64,000 bases of DNA, taken from Iphione sp. A-MEVVRFRX5. Taxonomy: Eukaryota. Both the position numbers and the translations under genes were made by a program. Within the stretch, counting starts at the first letter, position 1; every line of letters begins with the position of its first letter. The stretch covers positions 60,326,001 through 60,390,000 of the forward strand of contig OZ320321.1 in the NCBI GenBank assembly GCA_976226885.1, written 5' to 3'. Under the pieces are notes generated by a model, which made no database searches, was not told the origin of the DNA, and saw nothing but the letters and a program-made list of their open reading frames with translations. Positions 1-13,474 of the stretch are shown here, one piece after another.

Positions 1-318
1 GGAGTACGTGTGTACTGAGCGTAGCTCGGAAGGTTCTAGAAAGGATCTCTCCAGAAGGATCCTGTAGAGAAAGGTAGTATGTGCTATAGAAGGTTCTAGA
101 AGCACCCCTCCAGAAAGATCTCTGGGGGAGGGTGTTACTATCTTTAAGACTGCACAATGGCTAATTTTAGAGCCAGACTCTGTATATAAGGGCACTGATT
201 TCTTGAATAAAGACAGTTCTCATCCGGACTTGGAAGTGAGGACACCAAACGCATATTCTGTGTGGAAGTTCTTTATTTCACAGTGGCCATCCGGCCTGAC
301 GACGACCGACACGTTACA
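1..318 (+). mobile_element. 3' part of an LTR (Gypsy-like), truncated by the window edge
   Basis: TATATAAG at ~183, AATAAA at 206-211, ends ...GTTACA (318), followed by ATAT (319-322). The paralogous site at 4228 (gt-ATAT-gg) has no insertion. Confidence 0.7.
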
Positions 319-2979
319 ATATGGATACAGAGGGTGGTCAGTGTAGGTCAGTGTGTCCTTAAGTGTTTCTTACTTGTCATCTGCTCTTCCTGTTGGACTG
401 ATACAAGGCGATATGCGTAGCTCTTCTATGACAGATTCTGCTCAACCATTCAGTGTTCACTCCCCATGCAAGTATCTTCTCGAGATCTCCACCCATGTCA
501 CCACCTGTGCCCAAATGGTAGATAATGTAGTTTCTCATTTTCTAAAACCCCGGTAAAGTGAAACGGGGGGGGGGGGGACAGCTATTTTGGTGAAGTGTTA
601 TGGGTGCATTTTAATTCTTGGTGTGAAGCGTTATTGGGTACCCCCTGTCCCCCCCCCCTGTAGAGACGCCATCTCCATGCATAAAACACCTGGGTCTTGT
701 CCTGTCCTGGCCATACTTCATATATCCCCATAAGCACAATCTCGTGATAAATCATGTTAACTTGGGACAAAATTGTCAAACTGCCCAGGTGGAAACTGTA
801 TTGTTAAAGTATTTTTTTTTCTATTTTGCAGTACATTGTAATTCTCTTCCGTTTTGGTGTATGCATGGGCTAACAGGACTTCCAGCCTGGCCTTTTTTTG
901 CATGAGCACCACTACACCTGCATAAATTGCATCTTTTCATCTTTAACTCGGCCTGACGCTGGACATCATTGTAATAGAGAACGGGGATGATCTTTACTTG
1001 TTATACCTGTATACAAACTACCTATACCTCCGTGGGTGTCCCAAGAGGAGTGAAGTAGCAGGAGCCCTCATCTAGCTCTACTCCTGTAAATAAGCATCCT
1101 TAGCATGCTATCTCACCACATTTTTTGGCCAGATCCTTATTATTTACGCAGATCATTGGAACATTTGGCTGGTTTCATCACATTCATCATATTGCTAATT
1201 CACGTAGTCTCACCTTTTATCCTGTTTCAGTTACTTGAGTTTTGTTACCTTTCAGAGGTATTCATATGTGATGTGTCTGGTTCCCTACACAGGATCTTAT
1301 CTAGTTCAGTATGGGATGAGTCAGCCTGACCACCTTGTCCGCAGGATCAGTTTCCATGTGTCCAATGTTTCGCCATATATGAGACTACCTGTGGGTCTTG
1401 GTTGACTTCCCGGACAGTTCCAGACCCTTGCGCAGAGGGGGGTGATCCATGTATACAGCAGTGCATTCTCTGTCCAGAACAGTTTTGGAAATCAACATCA
1501 GGGTCAAAATAAGTTTTACTCTCTGTGTACTTTTTAGTGGATATTGTAAGCATATCTGTAGAAATTGTGTAGTTTTGGTGGAAAGTAAAGTTGTGTAATC
1601 TTTGTGTTTTTTGTCTAAATTGAAGCATATCTGTAACAATGAGTGGTTATGCAAGTTAGTTATCATCTCATATGACCTAACATATGTTAGAGTCCCTTCC
1701 TGATGTAAACTCTCATGTCCCTGTTCTAATAATCTGTTTTTCCATCTCAAGTCTGCAATAGAGTGAAATTTATGGACATGGCTTATTTTCAAACACTGGA
1801 CTCCAGCCTAGGGACTCCAGACCCAGACATAAAGAAAGCCTGCAGTTCACTCCCATACTAATAAAATTTCCCATACATCCAGACTTTGTATACCGACGAC
1901 CCTCCTCAACCGGAGGGGTACCGGAATGCGAAAATATGTCCGGTTACGAGGGGGTCCGGAATGGCCACCCGGGCACCATGCGTCTCCTGGTGGGCAAAAC
2001 TGTCATAATGGTAAAACATGATTGAGGCATATTCCATGGAGAAAATGTCAAAAACGGCAAATTTCAAGGAGAATGTGACAAAAAACGGCAAAATTCATGG
2101 AGATTGAGGCATATTCCATGGAGAAAATGTCAAAAACGGCAAATTTCAAGGAGAATGTGACAAAAAACGGCAAAATTTATGGAGATTGAGGCATATTCCA
2201 TGGAGAAAATGTCAAAAAAAACTTTAGGAGGTCACCACGCGCGTCACTCTTATGTAACCATTTCGCGCATCTGTAGTGCTTTTCTTTGTTCTCTGCGCTA
2301 TGTTTTCTCTTCCTTTAGGAGGTCACCACCCACGCGTCACTCTTATGTAACCATTTCGCACGTCTCTGACCCTGCCTTTGTTCTCCCTCAAACTGACGCC
2401 TCCGGTTAAATGGCTGTATTTCCTATGTTAAATACTCAAAAATGCAGCTAAATTTCGTCCGAATACGGAAAAGCAGGGTCCGGTTAAATAGTATGATTTT
2501 AATAGAAAAAACCTTGGTTATTGAAATACCATCCGGTTATACGATGATTCCGGAAGAGAGGGGTCCGATTAAGGGGGGCCGCCGGTATAAGGAAAAACAT
2601 GTGGACACATGGACACTGGGCCTTGCTGAGCTGCTTGGATCTGGCCCTACCCGTATAAAAAGGAATAATAGCGAAGAGAAAGTGGCCCAAGGCCATGATT
2701 AGTACCGACTTTGTCCATACGTTTCCTTTGTCAAAACTGTAGTGAAAAGTGTCATGATTTTGTTTTACTTTATGCCTGTCCTCCTTGCTGTGCACTGGTA
2801 CAACTTTAAACTATGATTTAGGGGTACATGTTCAGAACAATGACAGGAAGTGACAACTAAAAAAATGTGATATAACAGTCAACTCTTAAGATTGAGACAA
2901 CACCATGGAGGAGACCAGATCCTTTCAGGAACAGACTTTCTCATACGGAAGAAAACGACAGAAGACCAGCTTGCAAAGT
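319..2979. repeat. Copy A of a local duplication (pairs with 4228-6223)
   Basis: Near-identical colinear blocks: 319-770 with 4228-4766 plus 5168-5215; 1263-1892 with 5224-5850; 2586-2979 with 5850-6223. Confidence 0.95.
1893..2585. mobile_element. Non-autonomous DNA transposon with TA TSD (Tc1/mariner/pogo-like MITE)
   Basis: 22-bp TIRs CCGACGACCCTCCTCAACCGGA, 17/22 match. TA on both sides. Empty site TGTATATAAGG present in copy B (~5845). Internal ~81-nt tandem repeats at ~2020-2215. Confidence 0.85.
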
Positions 2980-3109
2980 TGTTGTATAATTGATGATTAT
3001 TGTCAGAGGTGGTGAAGGAACAGACATGACTCCATGTGGTGATAAACAAGAAGCAGTTTTATTACTGATGTATACAGAAGAGTTCCAACGTTATCCGGGA
3101 TATACTACA
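2980..3109 (-). mobile_element. 3' LTR (~130 bp) of a Gypsy/Ty3 element
   Basis: On the minus strand it reads TGTAGTATA...TATACAACA with an internal AATAAA. It is directly preceded by the polypurine tract TTTAGGGGAGGAAGAGT (3110-3126) and the pol stop. Confidence 0.8.
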
Positions 3110-3186
3110 ACTCTTCCTCCCCTAAAGAAAATATAAACTCTTGATCATTTACTCTTTTAGTCTCTTAGTGGTTGAGCTTCCTAGAC

Positions 3187-3835
3187 TTAGATATTTTCAA
3201 TAAGCCTCTCAGGTCTTTTACAGGCTCTTACAGGACGCGGTGTAGGTGGTGCAGTTGGTGTTACCTCTGAGGGTACTGGCACAGACTCAGCTCCTTGGTC
3301 AGACATCAGAGATTCTGGTCTAGCTACTTCAGTAAAGGTCTCATCTAGAGATGGTAACACTGAAGGTTGTGCCGGTACGGACACAGTGCCAGCAGCAGGG
3401 GTCAAGTCGGCAGATGGTACATCTACCTCCAGAGGTTTCCCTATGGGTGCAGGTGGTGGAACTAAGCTGTTGAACTTGCCTAGTTGGCACCCTGATAGGT
3501 CTATGAGCTGATCCACATGGCGTTTCCATGTCAGCTCACCTACATGCACCTGATAGGTGACAGGGGATAGTTGTTTCATAACAACCCCTTTGGTCCACAT
3601 TTCCTGCTTGCTGTGGTAATCACGAACCAAGACAACATCTCTAATCTGCAAACTTCTGGTTTTTTCTTGCTTTGGAGACTGTTTCTTTTCCATGGTATTT
3701 TGAAGATTTGGCTTCAAAAGATCGAGTCTTGTTCTCAGACGTCGTCCCATGAGCAATTCTGCAGGTGTTGTCTTTGTGGCAGTATGTGGAGTGGTATGGT
3801 AGTGGAGCAAACACTTGCTAACTTTTGTTCTACTA
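3187..3835 (-). pseudogene. Gypsy/Ty3 pol fragment: integrase C-terminus
   Basis: Translation RTKVSKCLLHYHTTPHTATKTTPAELLMGRRLRTRLDLLKP...VLVRDY...WTKGVV...SPVTYQV...WKRHVDQL is the typical end of a Gypsy integrase plus a Pro-rich tail. 5'-truncated; followed by PPT and LTR. Confidence 0.9.
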
Positions 3836-4227
3836 ACAATGGTTAAAGGGTTGTACTTTACTATTATGCATGTTTTCCCCACCAGGAGAGACAAGTGCAT
3901 ATTTCGCCTTCCAGAATAATCGTCATCCATACCAAATTTCAAATAACAGAGGTACTCTAGTTGACCAGGTTCAACTGTATTTATTTAAACTGTGTTTTAA
4001 ACTCAGTGTTTTCTTTGAAGTTCCAGATGAGCCAAAAAAGTATTTTGTTTTACATGATTAACTTTTATAGGGATATAGTAACGTGAAAAATCACTATGGA
4101 ATGGCTCCAAATCACAAAATCTGGTCTAACATCTGTTATAAATCCGATCAAGCAGCTTTAGAAATTCAGTACCAATAAATAACGTAATTATATATTCTCA
4201 GGTCATATAATTGGAATGAACCCTAGT

Positions 4228-6223
4228 ATATGGATACAGAGGGTGGTCAGTGCAGGTCCGGTGTGTACTTAAGTGTTTCTTACTTGTCATCTGCTCTTCC
4301 TGTTGGACTGATACAAGGCGATATGCGTAGCTCTTCGATGACAGATTCTGCTCAACCATTCAGTGTTCACCCCCTGTGCAAGTGTCTTCTCGAGCTCACC
4401 ACACATGTCACCACCTGTGCCCAAATGGTAGTTAATGTAGTTTTCTAATTTTTTTTTAACCCCAGGAAAGTGACACAGGGGGGACAGCTATTTTGGTGAA
4501 GTGTTATGGGTGCATTTTAATTCTTGGTGAAGCATTATTGGGTTCTCCAATTCAAGGTGAAGCATTATTTAGCATTTTCTGGTGATTGGAGATCAAGGAA
4601 TATATTCCTGGTGAAGCATTATCTGCTCTTTTTTCAAGTGTTATGTATGATTTTAATTCTTGGTGTGAAGCGTTATTGGGTACCTCCTGTCCCACCCCCC
4701 CTGTAGAGACGCCATCTCCATGCATAAAACATCTGGATCTTATCGTGTCCTGGCCATACTTCATATTGTAGTGTGCACATGTAATAAGAGCGTATAGTGC
4801 TAGAAGGATGGTTGGTCCGTGAGAACGGTCCGTAACAGAATCCACGATCCGTGATAGGGTACAGTCCGTGACGACTTCCGGACTGGTAGAGATACTGCGT
4901 AGTAGGGGTACTTCGCAGATTGTTTATTTGCTGCGCATAAACAGATGTCTAGACATCCTATTTTTAGCAACTCTTATGTAATGTTGTCATATATAAACCC
5001 ATGTTTTCTGGAATAAACAGACCCTTTCTCTTTGCACGCTAGAGAGAGACCATTCCATGCACAACAATTTAGTGTATTTTGGAGTGAAACTTATATTCTA
5101 CTTTTGTCAAGATTATTTTACTCAAATCCGTTGACTTCTTATTTCTCTCTACACTAGTCATGTTACAATATATCCCCATAAGCACAATCTCGTGATAAAT
5201 CATGTTAACTTTCGGAGGAATTGATATGTGATGTGTCTGGTTCCCTGCTCAGGATCTTATCTAGTTCAGTATGGGATGAGTCAGCCTGACCACCTTGTCC
5301 GCAGGATCAGTTTCCATGTGTCCAATGTTTCGCCATTTATGAGACTACCTGTGGGTCTTGGTTAACTTCCGGGACAGTTCCAGACCCTCGCGCAGAGGGG
5401 GGTGATCCATGTATACAGCAGTGCATTCTTTGTCCAGAACGGTTTTGGAAATTATCACATCAGGGTCAAACTAAGTTTTACTCTCTGTGTACTTTTTAGT
5501 GGATATTGTAAGCATATCTGTAGAAATTGTGTAGTTTTGGTGGAAAGTAAAGTTGTGTAATCTTTGTGTTTTTTGTCTAAATTGAAGCATATCTGTAACA
5601 ATGAGTGGTTATGCAAGTTAGTTATCATCTCATATGATCTAACATATGTTAGAGTCCCTTCCTGATGTAAACTCTCATGTCCCTGGTCATCTGTTTTTCC
5701 ATCTCAAGTCTGCAATAGAGTGAAATTTATGGACATGGCTTATTTTCAAACACTGGACTCCAGCCTAGGGACTCCAGACCCAGACATAAAGAAAGCCTGC
5801 AGTTCACTTCCATATTAATAAAATTTCCCATACATCCAGACTTTGTATATAAGGAAAAACATGCGGACACATGGACACTAGGCCTTGCTGACCTGCTTGG
5901 ATCTGGCCCTACCCATATAAAAAGGAATAATAGCGAAAAGAAAGTGGCCCAAGGCCATGATTAGTACCTACTTTATGTCCATGTTTCCTTTGTCAAAACT
6001 GTAGTGAAAAGCGTCATGATTTTGTTCTACTTTATGCCTGTCCTCCTTGCTGTGCACTGGTACAACTTTAAATTATGATTTAGGGGTACATGTAATTCAG
6101 AACAATGACAGGAAGTGACAACTAAAAAAATGTGATTGAGACAACACCATGGAGGAGACCAGATTCTTTCAGGAAAAGACTTTCTCATACGGACGAAAAC
6201 GACAGAAGACCAGCTTGCAAAGT
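4228..6223. repeat. Copy B of the local duplication
   Basis: Direct-repeat identity to 319-2979 apart from differential insertions. Confidence 0.95.
4767..5167 (+). mobile_element. Solo LTR, 401 bp, ATAT TSD
   Basis: TGTA...TACA termini. ATAT duplicated at 4763-4766 and 5168-5171. ATATAAA at 4991 and AATAAA at 5012. Empty site TTCATATATCCCC in copy A (~717-729). Confidence 0.9.
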
Positions 6224-9200
6224 AAACTAGGAATTAGAGACTGGAAATGACCAATTAGGAGGATTAAGGAGGCCACGAGAGAGTCAAAGTCAAGAGTATA
6301 TATTTGTGAAGAAACGTGAGAGGGCGTGAAAGAGGACACAAAGGTAGCGGTCTTCCAAGAGTGTGTGACTGAGGGTAGGAGAAAGGGCGCCAGGAAGGGT
6401 ATGGTGAAGGCTGGGGGTATCCAAAGGCATCACCAAGTATGTTGGGGAAGGTATCTGCTGATGGGCAAGGTAGGGTCATTCCTATGTGAATTGAGGGCTT
6501 TCCAAAGAGGGTGTGAGGGATAGAAGGTCTCTAAGAGAAAGAGCATCTGTCTCTGTGAGTTGATTTGTATACATGTACATGTATTTGTGTACATATTCGG
6601 GTACACGAAGGCAGGGGTGACCAAACTGCAGGCGTATATACCATGTTTGTTTTATAGTGTGCATGACCTCTTGACCTCTGCAAATGGTGGTCGCGACATC
6701 CTGCATTTCCATTGGAAGTAGAACGTCGACATATCGCCGTTTGGTCACTCACAGCTCCAGCGTAGCATAAGACAAAACAGAGATTCTTAAGGCCTGGGAC
6801 TCCATGTGACCGCCCACCTGTTGAACCATGGTAGCGGTAAAATCCCTCTTCAAAATTAATATTACATACAGCATTATAAAGTTCTCCAAACAGGACAGAT
6901 TCTGCAGTGAGGGGAGATTATGCTTGCATCTTGAATGTTTGACAGTATTACGAAAGGTCACATCTGAATGTTGTAATTTCAGACGGACACACTAAGCTTA
7001 TAAGGTTATGTGGATTTTACAAGCACTATGTAGTGTGCAGTTATTTTCCAGAACAGGTAAAGATTTGTTAGGACGGCGATATTTTGTAAACTGCTTGTTT
7101 TAAAAGAAAAAGTCCAGCCCATTTCTTCGCAGTACTTGACCTATGGCTGGGAAGGACTTTTGTTCATGATAAGCACTTCTCAGGTAGCAAACAGTCGAAC
7201 AAAAGATTTTACGGTTTAAATACAAGTTGACTGCTTGCATAATTGAAACATTTCCTAGGTACAGACCTTTGCTCAACAGTCAAATGTTTCACTAAGAAAT
7301 ATGAGTTTTAGTGGTTGACAGCACTTGAAGGCTGGTAAAGGCTGACAATGCCCAAGGCACCCAGCCATAGGTCAATGCCAATATGTCTATCTACATGCTC
7401 CATGCACTATATACATAGATCTGTCCTATAGACAATACAAAGACGTGTAGTTAACTTCAGGATTGAAAGAAAGTACTTACATGTCTATTAATTTGTTGTG
7501 TATGGTCCTTGTACTTGTACTTTTATTTGTATTTTTTAGCACCTCAAGTAATCATCATTCTACTGGAGTACATCAAACACCCTTTCGTTTTCATGGTGAA
7601 AAAAGGCTTACTCTACCGTATATAGTTAAGTTTACTCATTCAGAGTTAAGATGTGTTCAAAGAGGAAAATGTAAAAGGTTCTGGTAGACCTATCTCCTAA
7701 TGTTACTGATTTCAGGGAAGAAATTTGCTATCTTAAAAGATTTCCAATACGTTCCGAATACTTCAGGATGGTTTTCTATGTGCATAACGAGACAATATTA
7801 GCACGACGGTAGGTTGTTCGTGTTGCACTAGCTAGCACACGGCACGGTTTATGAAAAGCCTAGATGTCTAGTGGTCCACCCCTGCATTCGTGGCTGTTAG
7901 TTCCACTGTTTTACGTTACAACTTACGTTACAACACGATTGTTTCAATGCTTCAGTTCCTGTAGTAAAAGATAAAATGGTTATAACGTTGTTGAGTCTAC
8001 ATTTGTTTTAGGTTGAATTTTAAAACAAAATCGTCCATCCCAAAAGGTGTTTGAGAGACAGCACTGGCACCATTCGATAAGAACACACTTTGTGGGTTGA
8101 TAAGACCAGGAATCTTCGAAAGATTACTTTTATTAAAAACAAAAACAAGACAACCAGAAATAAGATGCCCTGTGGCACTTTATTGGTCTTGATGTATATA
8201 TATATATATTTATTATATATAATGGTATTCATATCCCGTTGTAGTGTCAACTTCTACACGTACTTGCCAGTGACAACCCGACAGAGGCTTAACGTAATGT
8301 TGAATCTAAACTATCAGAGGAAATTAAAACCTGCGCTTCCGCATACGGAAAGGGGTACACTTCTGGCGCTATTAGCACGAACTACTGGCAAGGTGTTTCT
8401 CTCAGACGAAACGGTCCGTGAACAGGCACCATTTCAAGCTAGAGGAAACGACATATTCTAGATAGCCTCCCGAAATGTGAACGACAGTGATAGTGAGGTC
8501 TTGGTCATAATCTCATTAGGATCCTGGAGGGCTGGGGGCTGGGGCAGAGGGTTGGGGCTGGGAGAAGTTAACTAGGTTCTTCACTCTTTACTATAAAAAG
8601 TCGATGAAGACCTAAACAAACTGCCGCCAACTTAGGAACTGGTGACACTTAACGGGAGATTTGTGTTTTCTCTTGGAGGGTTGCCACTAAAGTACAGATG
8701 AAAAGACACGGGGAAAACATACGACCAGTAGGCTAATAATACCTGTACAATATACATTCGCCCAAATTATTACAAATGTTAAATTCATTGATATAACAAT
8801 CTAACGGTGAGCAGATGGTCGGTCTTCCTTTTTCTTCTTCAAAAGCTATCCACACTGCCACTTAAAGATAACTTAAGGTCCAAGTATGAAAACAATACAA
8901 ACACACCTGGAGAATAGTGGACATAGTTTATACTACCAGAACGGTGTCATATTCCAAACATACGCAACACCTTTTTAAAAAGATTCACAGGACACTTTCT
9001 TTTAATGACGTAACAAGTGTCATGTTTTATCATGATTTCCTTATCTTTTCATTTTTACAAGAGAATGGAGCCCCATGCAATATTCTTCCTCCTGTTAAGG
9101 AAAAAAAAAAGAAAAAAAAGACACACATGCAGCTTAAATCCTTTGCACATTTCCCCTAATTGTTTCGGCGGATGGTTCGGGTTTTTGGTGTACATAACCA

Positions 9201-11568
9201 TGGCCACACAGGTCCTACTATATACAGAGAGACACGCGCACGTCGGTGGAGGATCAAGCCACCGGCTTTAATACCACCAGACTGGGACCAGCAACACTAC
9301 AAACACGGGACCCCCCAAAAACGACAGGGCTATATTTACACTGCCAGTCCTCGAAAAAAAAAAAACACGAGCCAAAACGCCTCCTCACCCAACAGCTATT
9401 TCCCCACTTAGGACGTCAATGGCGATAGCAACAGGATAAGCCCTCTCTGTCGGATAGCAGCTTTTATGCGTGTGCACAAAGAAAATTAGTTCAACTTTTC
9501 CTTCTCTACGGAATTAAGTCCGGAGTCGAAAGTCTTCGGTTCCATGAATTACTGCCGAGTGGCAGTATGTGTTTTTCATTATTGAAGTCCCGGGGACCAA
9601 GCCACTAAAGTTATTCACAGTCTCTGACTGTCTATGACGTGATGACCATTATAGGAAAAATACAATCATTTCATTTCAAACAAACATTCAGATGTCGCGA
9701 TATACAAGAAAGGGGAATAAAATATTCAGACTGCAAATAAAGAACATCTTCGACTGCTCCGAAACCTGGTGGGTATGGAAACAACTACACATATATTTCA
9801 AATCGACCTAGTTCCCTGGATTTCGTAACCAAGTTTGTAGAGATGGCCCTCAACAAGTGCTGCTGTAAATCTCCAATGTTGAAATTTAGGATGTCAAGGT
9901 TAAAATCCCACTTCCAGATCAATTTTAAAACTTACACAACGTTGTACTTTCGAAAGAACAGATACCTAGTAAAACTGGCATAGACGATTTGGAAGCCGTG
10001 TGGATGAAATAACGTACATAAATCATTTGCATATTGTAATTTTACTACATAGGATCTTTCGCCTCCTCTTTCATTATACTACTTGCTTCCATTTCTCCAC
10101 GGATAGTATTGGAAATTTCCAAATTGATAATAATGATACAAAAAATATTCAAATTCAACACGAATTAATCTTTTAACTCCCACCTGGCAATAGTTTTAAT
10201 GGAATGTATTATCTAACGTTGGTTATTTCTAGAATGGTTGAATTTCTCCGTACCAACTGGCGGCGCAGGTACCTCGAGTGAAAAGTATCAGTAGAACCTA
10301 TTTGGGCCTAGAATAAGTTATCGTACTCATCATCGTCCGGGAACAACACTGAAACCCCCCTTTTGCTAGCGCAAATACCTTTCTGACCCGAAAAGCTCGT
10401 GTGCGAATATAGACACGTGTTGACTCATGGATTAGGCATTATTACTGCGATAACAAAGGTCGCTGTCCATGGTTACGTATACCCACTCTCTACTCGAGCA
10501 GAAGAAGAAGCATCGTTGCCATAGTTCCCAGTACATCTCAGTCACGCAAATAATAAGAAAAACATATGCTACATTTTTCAAGTCGATCTTACATACATTC
10601 CATGGTGACAATCGTCTACGGGCGTCGTGAACACTGAATACCTGTTTTTTTGTTTATATCTTCTTGGAACAGAAACAATCAACAACAAAACGCCACCATG
10701 GCAAATAGCACTTCCTGTCTTAAGCCTAGGAGAGGGGTGCCGGGGGGGGGGGGCTGGAGAGGGGAAGGGGGGGGGGGGTTCTGTCCGAGAGACGATGGCC
10801 TGAGGTGTCCACTGTTGGCGGGCGCAGCACCAACTCACCCTCTCTCTCTCTCTCTTTGTGTGACAGCAATGAAAAATGAAGGATTGGCCTGGTCCCATCG
10901 CAGCTCCTCGCGCTGAGTCCTTGACGCGTCCTCGAAGCTGCTTCATCGGCGCTCCTTCCGTGTGCTAGTGATACACTATACATACACGACTACTGACGAG
11001 AGACGGCGGCGGCCGCTGCTGCTGCTGCTGGCAGGCGGAGAAGTAGCAGCAGGTGGCGGTCGGCTTTCTCTGTTGCTGGGTCGCTCACTTCTCTCTCTCT
11101 CTCTCTGCCTCCCTCCCCTCTCATCAGTGCTCGGTTCCCCCGTGCTGGAGCATCGTTTTTTTTTTCTCTCCCCAATTCAAAACCGTCCCTCCCACTGGTA
11201 GCAGTCATTCCACAGCTTCACAATGTCAGTATTACAAAATCCTGCAACGAAAGGAGAGGCCAAAATAAGAGACACCTCAGAACAACGCAGCTTTCAACAT
11301 TACATCAATGAGTATAAGGTTTTAGTTTCATAATTTAAATCTGGTAAACACTTGTTACTGAAATCTTACGAAAGGATATTCAAAGAGAGATTCGAAACAC
11401 CAAAGCATGCAGTAATGTCAGAGATGATATTTGGTCCCACCAGCCTATCTAGGCTCCAGAGTATTATGAAAAAAAGAAACACCACAAAAGTGCTGAGTGC
11501 AGCAAGTGGTTAGTGCTGTGTGTGGTGGTGACGTACCCCTGTGGAGCCTGTGGCCTCACGAGCGGAGG

Positions 11569-11682
11569 CTAGTCACGGCCGGGCGGGTTAAAACTCTGCA
11601 TACCACCCGAGCCCGGCTCCCGCTCGCTCGCCTGCTGCAGCGGTTTCCGTGTCTTCTCTGCCTTCCGGTACATTGTGATCTC
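11569..11682 (-). CDS. VPS26: VPS26 last coding exon (exon 9)
   Basis: ctgtag|GAG ATC ACA ATG TAC CGG AAG = EITMYRKAEK...NPPGRD*, matching the VPS26 C-terminus (EIxLWRK). Phase 0, consistent with the previous exon. Confidence 0.85.
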   Translation of the reverse strand, partial: EITMYRKAEKTRKPLQQASEREPGSGGMQSFNPPGRD

Positions 11683-12255
11683 CTACAGAGGAACAGCACA
11701 GGAGCAGGAGGAGAAGGGAGCATTAGCTGAAGTTTAGTGGTTTTAACGGGGCGTGGTGGAAATTCACAACGCAACTTTCATTTCGCGTGTTGTTTTTTTC
11801 TAATTAAGATGAGGTGGAAAGAGAGGTAACTTGTAACAAGGAGATCACAGGCTTTCCTAGTGGAAAAGCCTCTCTTCATCAGCCGACTCTACTCGTGCGG
11901 TTTTCCAATCCACCTATGCCCTGCGAAACATGTCGAGACAGACTGTAAAGGCTACACATATGTTCACCTCTACTAGCGAAGTGGGTGTGTTCCCTTGTGT
12001 AACTTCAATGTGAGGAACTTCAGTAGGAGAGGCTCACCATTACTGTATGAATTATCACGGTTTTTTTTAGTTGATATTCCACAGAAAGTAGCCTTAGGCA
12101 AAAAAAAAAATACATGTATGTAAACAATATACTTCGGTCTGAGGAGTTTTCGTTATGAGAGGCTCTAGCGAGAGGTACCATGCATTGTACTCTGTGTGTA
12201 TTTTAACCACGCCAGTGTCCGGTGGTGGGGGTGGGGGGGAGGGGGGGGGACTCAC

Positions 12256-12398
12256 CTGTTGCTTGAAGTAGCGGCGCTCTTCCTCGTCGACCAGCACCAG
12301 GTTGAGGTAATAGCGCACCGAGAACTTCTTGTTGATATCCCGCATGGTGGGCGTCAACTCGTAGCCGCTCAGGAAGAGCCGGATCGGAATGGACTCCC
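12256..12398 (-). CDS. VPS26: VPS26 exon 8 (143 nt)
   Basis: (G)ESIPIRLFLSGYELTPTMRDINKKFSVRYYLNLVLVDEEERRYFKQQ; tag| and |gtgag junctions. Confidence 0.97.
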
Positions 12399-12859
12399 CT
12401 ACGACGAGAGAGCGATAAATGTATGCGTGCCTTGTTCGTAAGTGCGACAAGCTGACTAGGGGTGCTACTCCCGGCTCCCTTGTCGTCACAGAGAAGTGAT
12501 TACCGACATGGAGAGGAATGGGAGTCGGGAAGTAATTGTCCAAACTTTACCAAAATAATACTTTTGCAAATATGCAAGATGTATTTATCAGATACTGTGT
12601 TTGACGAAGTATGAACAATGAGTCAGCTGGTCAGGGGGCTTGAAGGGTGGACAACAGAGGGCCGGAGTTCCCTAGCCTAATATCAACGATAAATAATAAA
12701 TGTACATGTACATACTTCTTCATAAATGCGATCTCAACGAAATGTGACTGCCTCGGGGTCTGCAGAGGATTCCTTCCTCGCCGTTCCCCTTCAACCACCC
12801 TGGTTCCATATGTGTCCTACACAGACACTACCCGCTAACCATCTGTAGATGCTTGGGAA

Positions 12860-13200
12860 ACCCAAGCACCACCACACCACCCTGCCTGCTGCAGTGCCGG
12901 GTGTCTCTGAGATGCTCAAAATGAAAGTGTACTTAGTACTTAGCATGCTCTCTCTTAAATCCTTTGGCCCTAGGCTGGTGCTGCCTTCTGGTGGTCTGGA
13001 CAGGTCTACCATAGATCTCCATCAAGTCTCCGTCTGGAGATCTTTTCATGGGCCCTCCAGGTACTCCTTACTCTGAATATATGTTTCTTCATGATCTTCA
13101 CATCAGTTGATGCTGGATTTGTTCTAATGCTGGATGGTGTTTTTTAAGCCCCCTTCACTATGATCAATTGGCACAACCACTTGAATATATAACTGAATTT
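12860..13200 (-). mobile_element. Possible degenerate non-LTR (RTE-like) retrotransposon fragment in VPS26 intron 7
   Basis: Stop-riddled translation ...RSPDGDLMEIYGRPVQTTRRQHQPRAKGFK weakly resembles the RTE C-terminus (R.P...LYG.L..G.R..GRP..RFK). Confidence 0.3.
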
Positions 13201-13405
13201 CAGGGCAATCATCGATGAAACAAATGGAACAACCACACAAAATATATGCTCATAAAACAGAGTGTGTACATATACAAACACGTCTGTACAAGCACGCGCA
13301 TGTGTACACATTCACGCACACACACACGACACAGAAATACAGACAAATGCAAAGACAACACAGACACCCACACATACAAACGAACGAACGAACCTATATG
13401 CTTAC

Positions 13406-13474
13406 CTTTGACGGGTGCACCATCCATTATTTCGTATTTGGCGATTGTTTCGTTTTCGTTGAATGTATTCGGAC
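13406..13474 (-). CDS. VPS26: VPS26 exon 7 (69 nt)
   Basis: (G)PNTFNENETIAKYEIMDGAPVK(G); cag| and |gtaag junctions. Confidence 0.97.
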
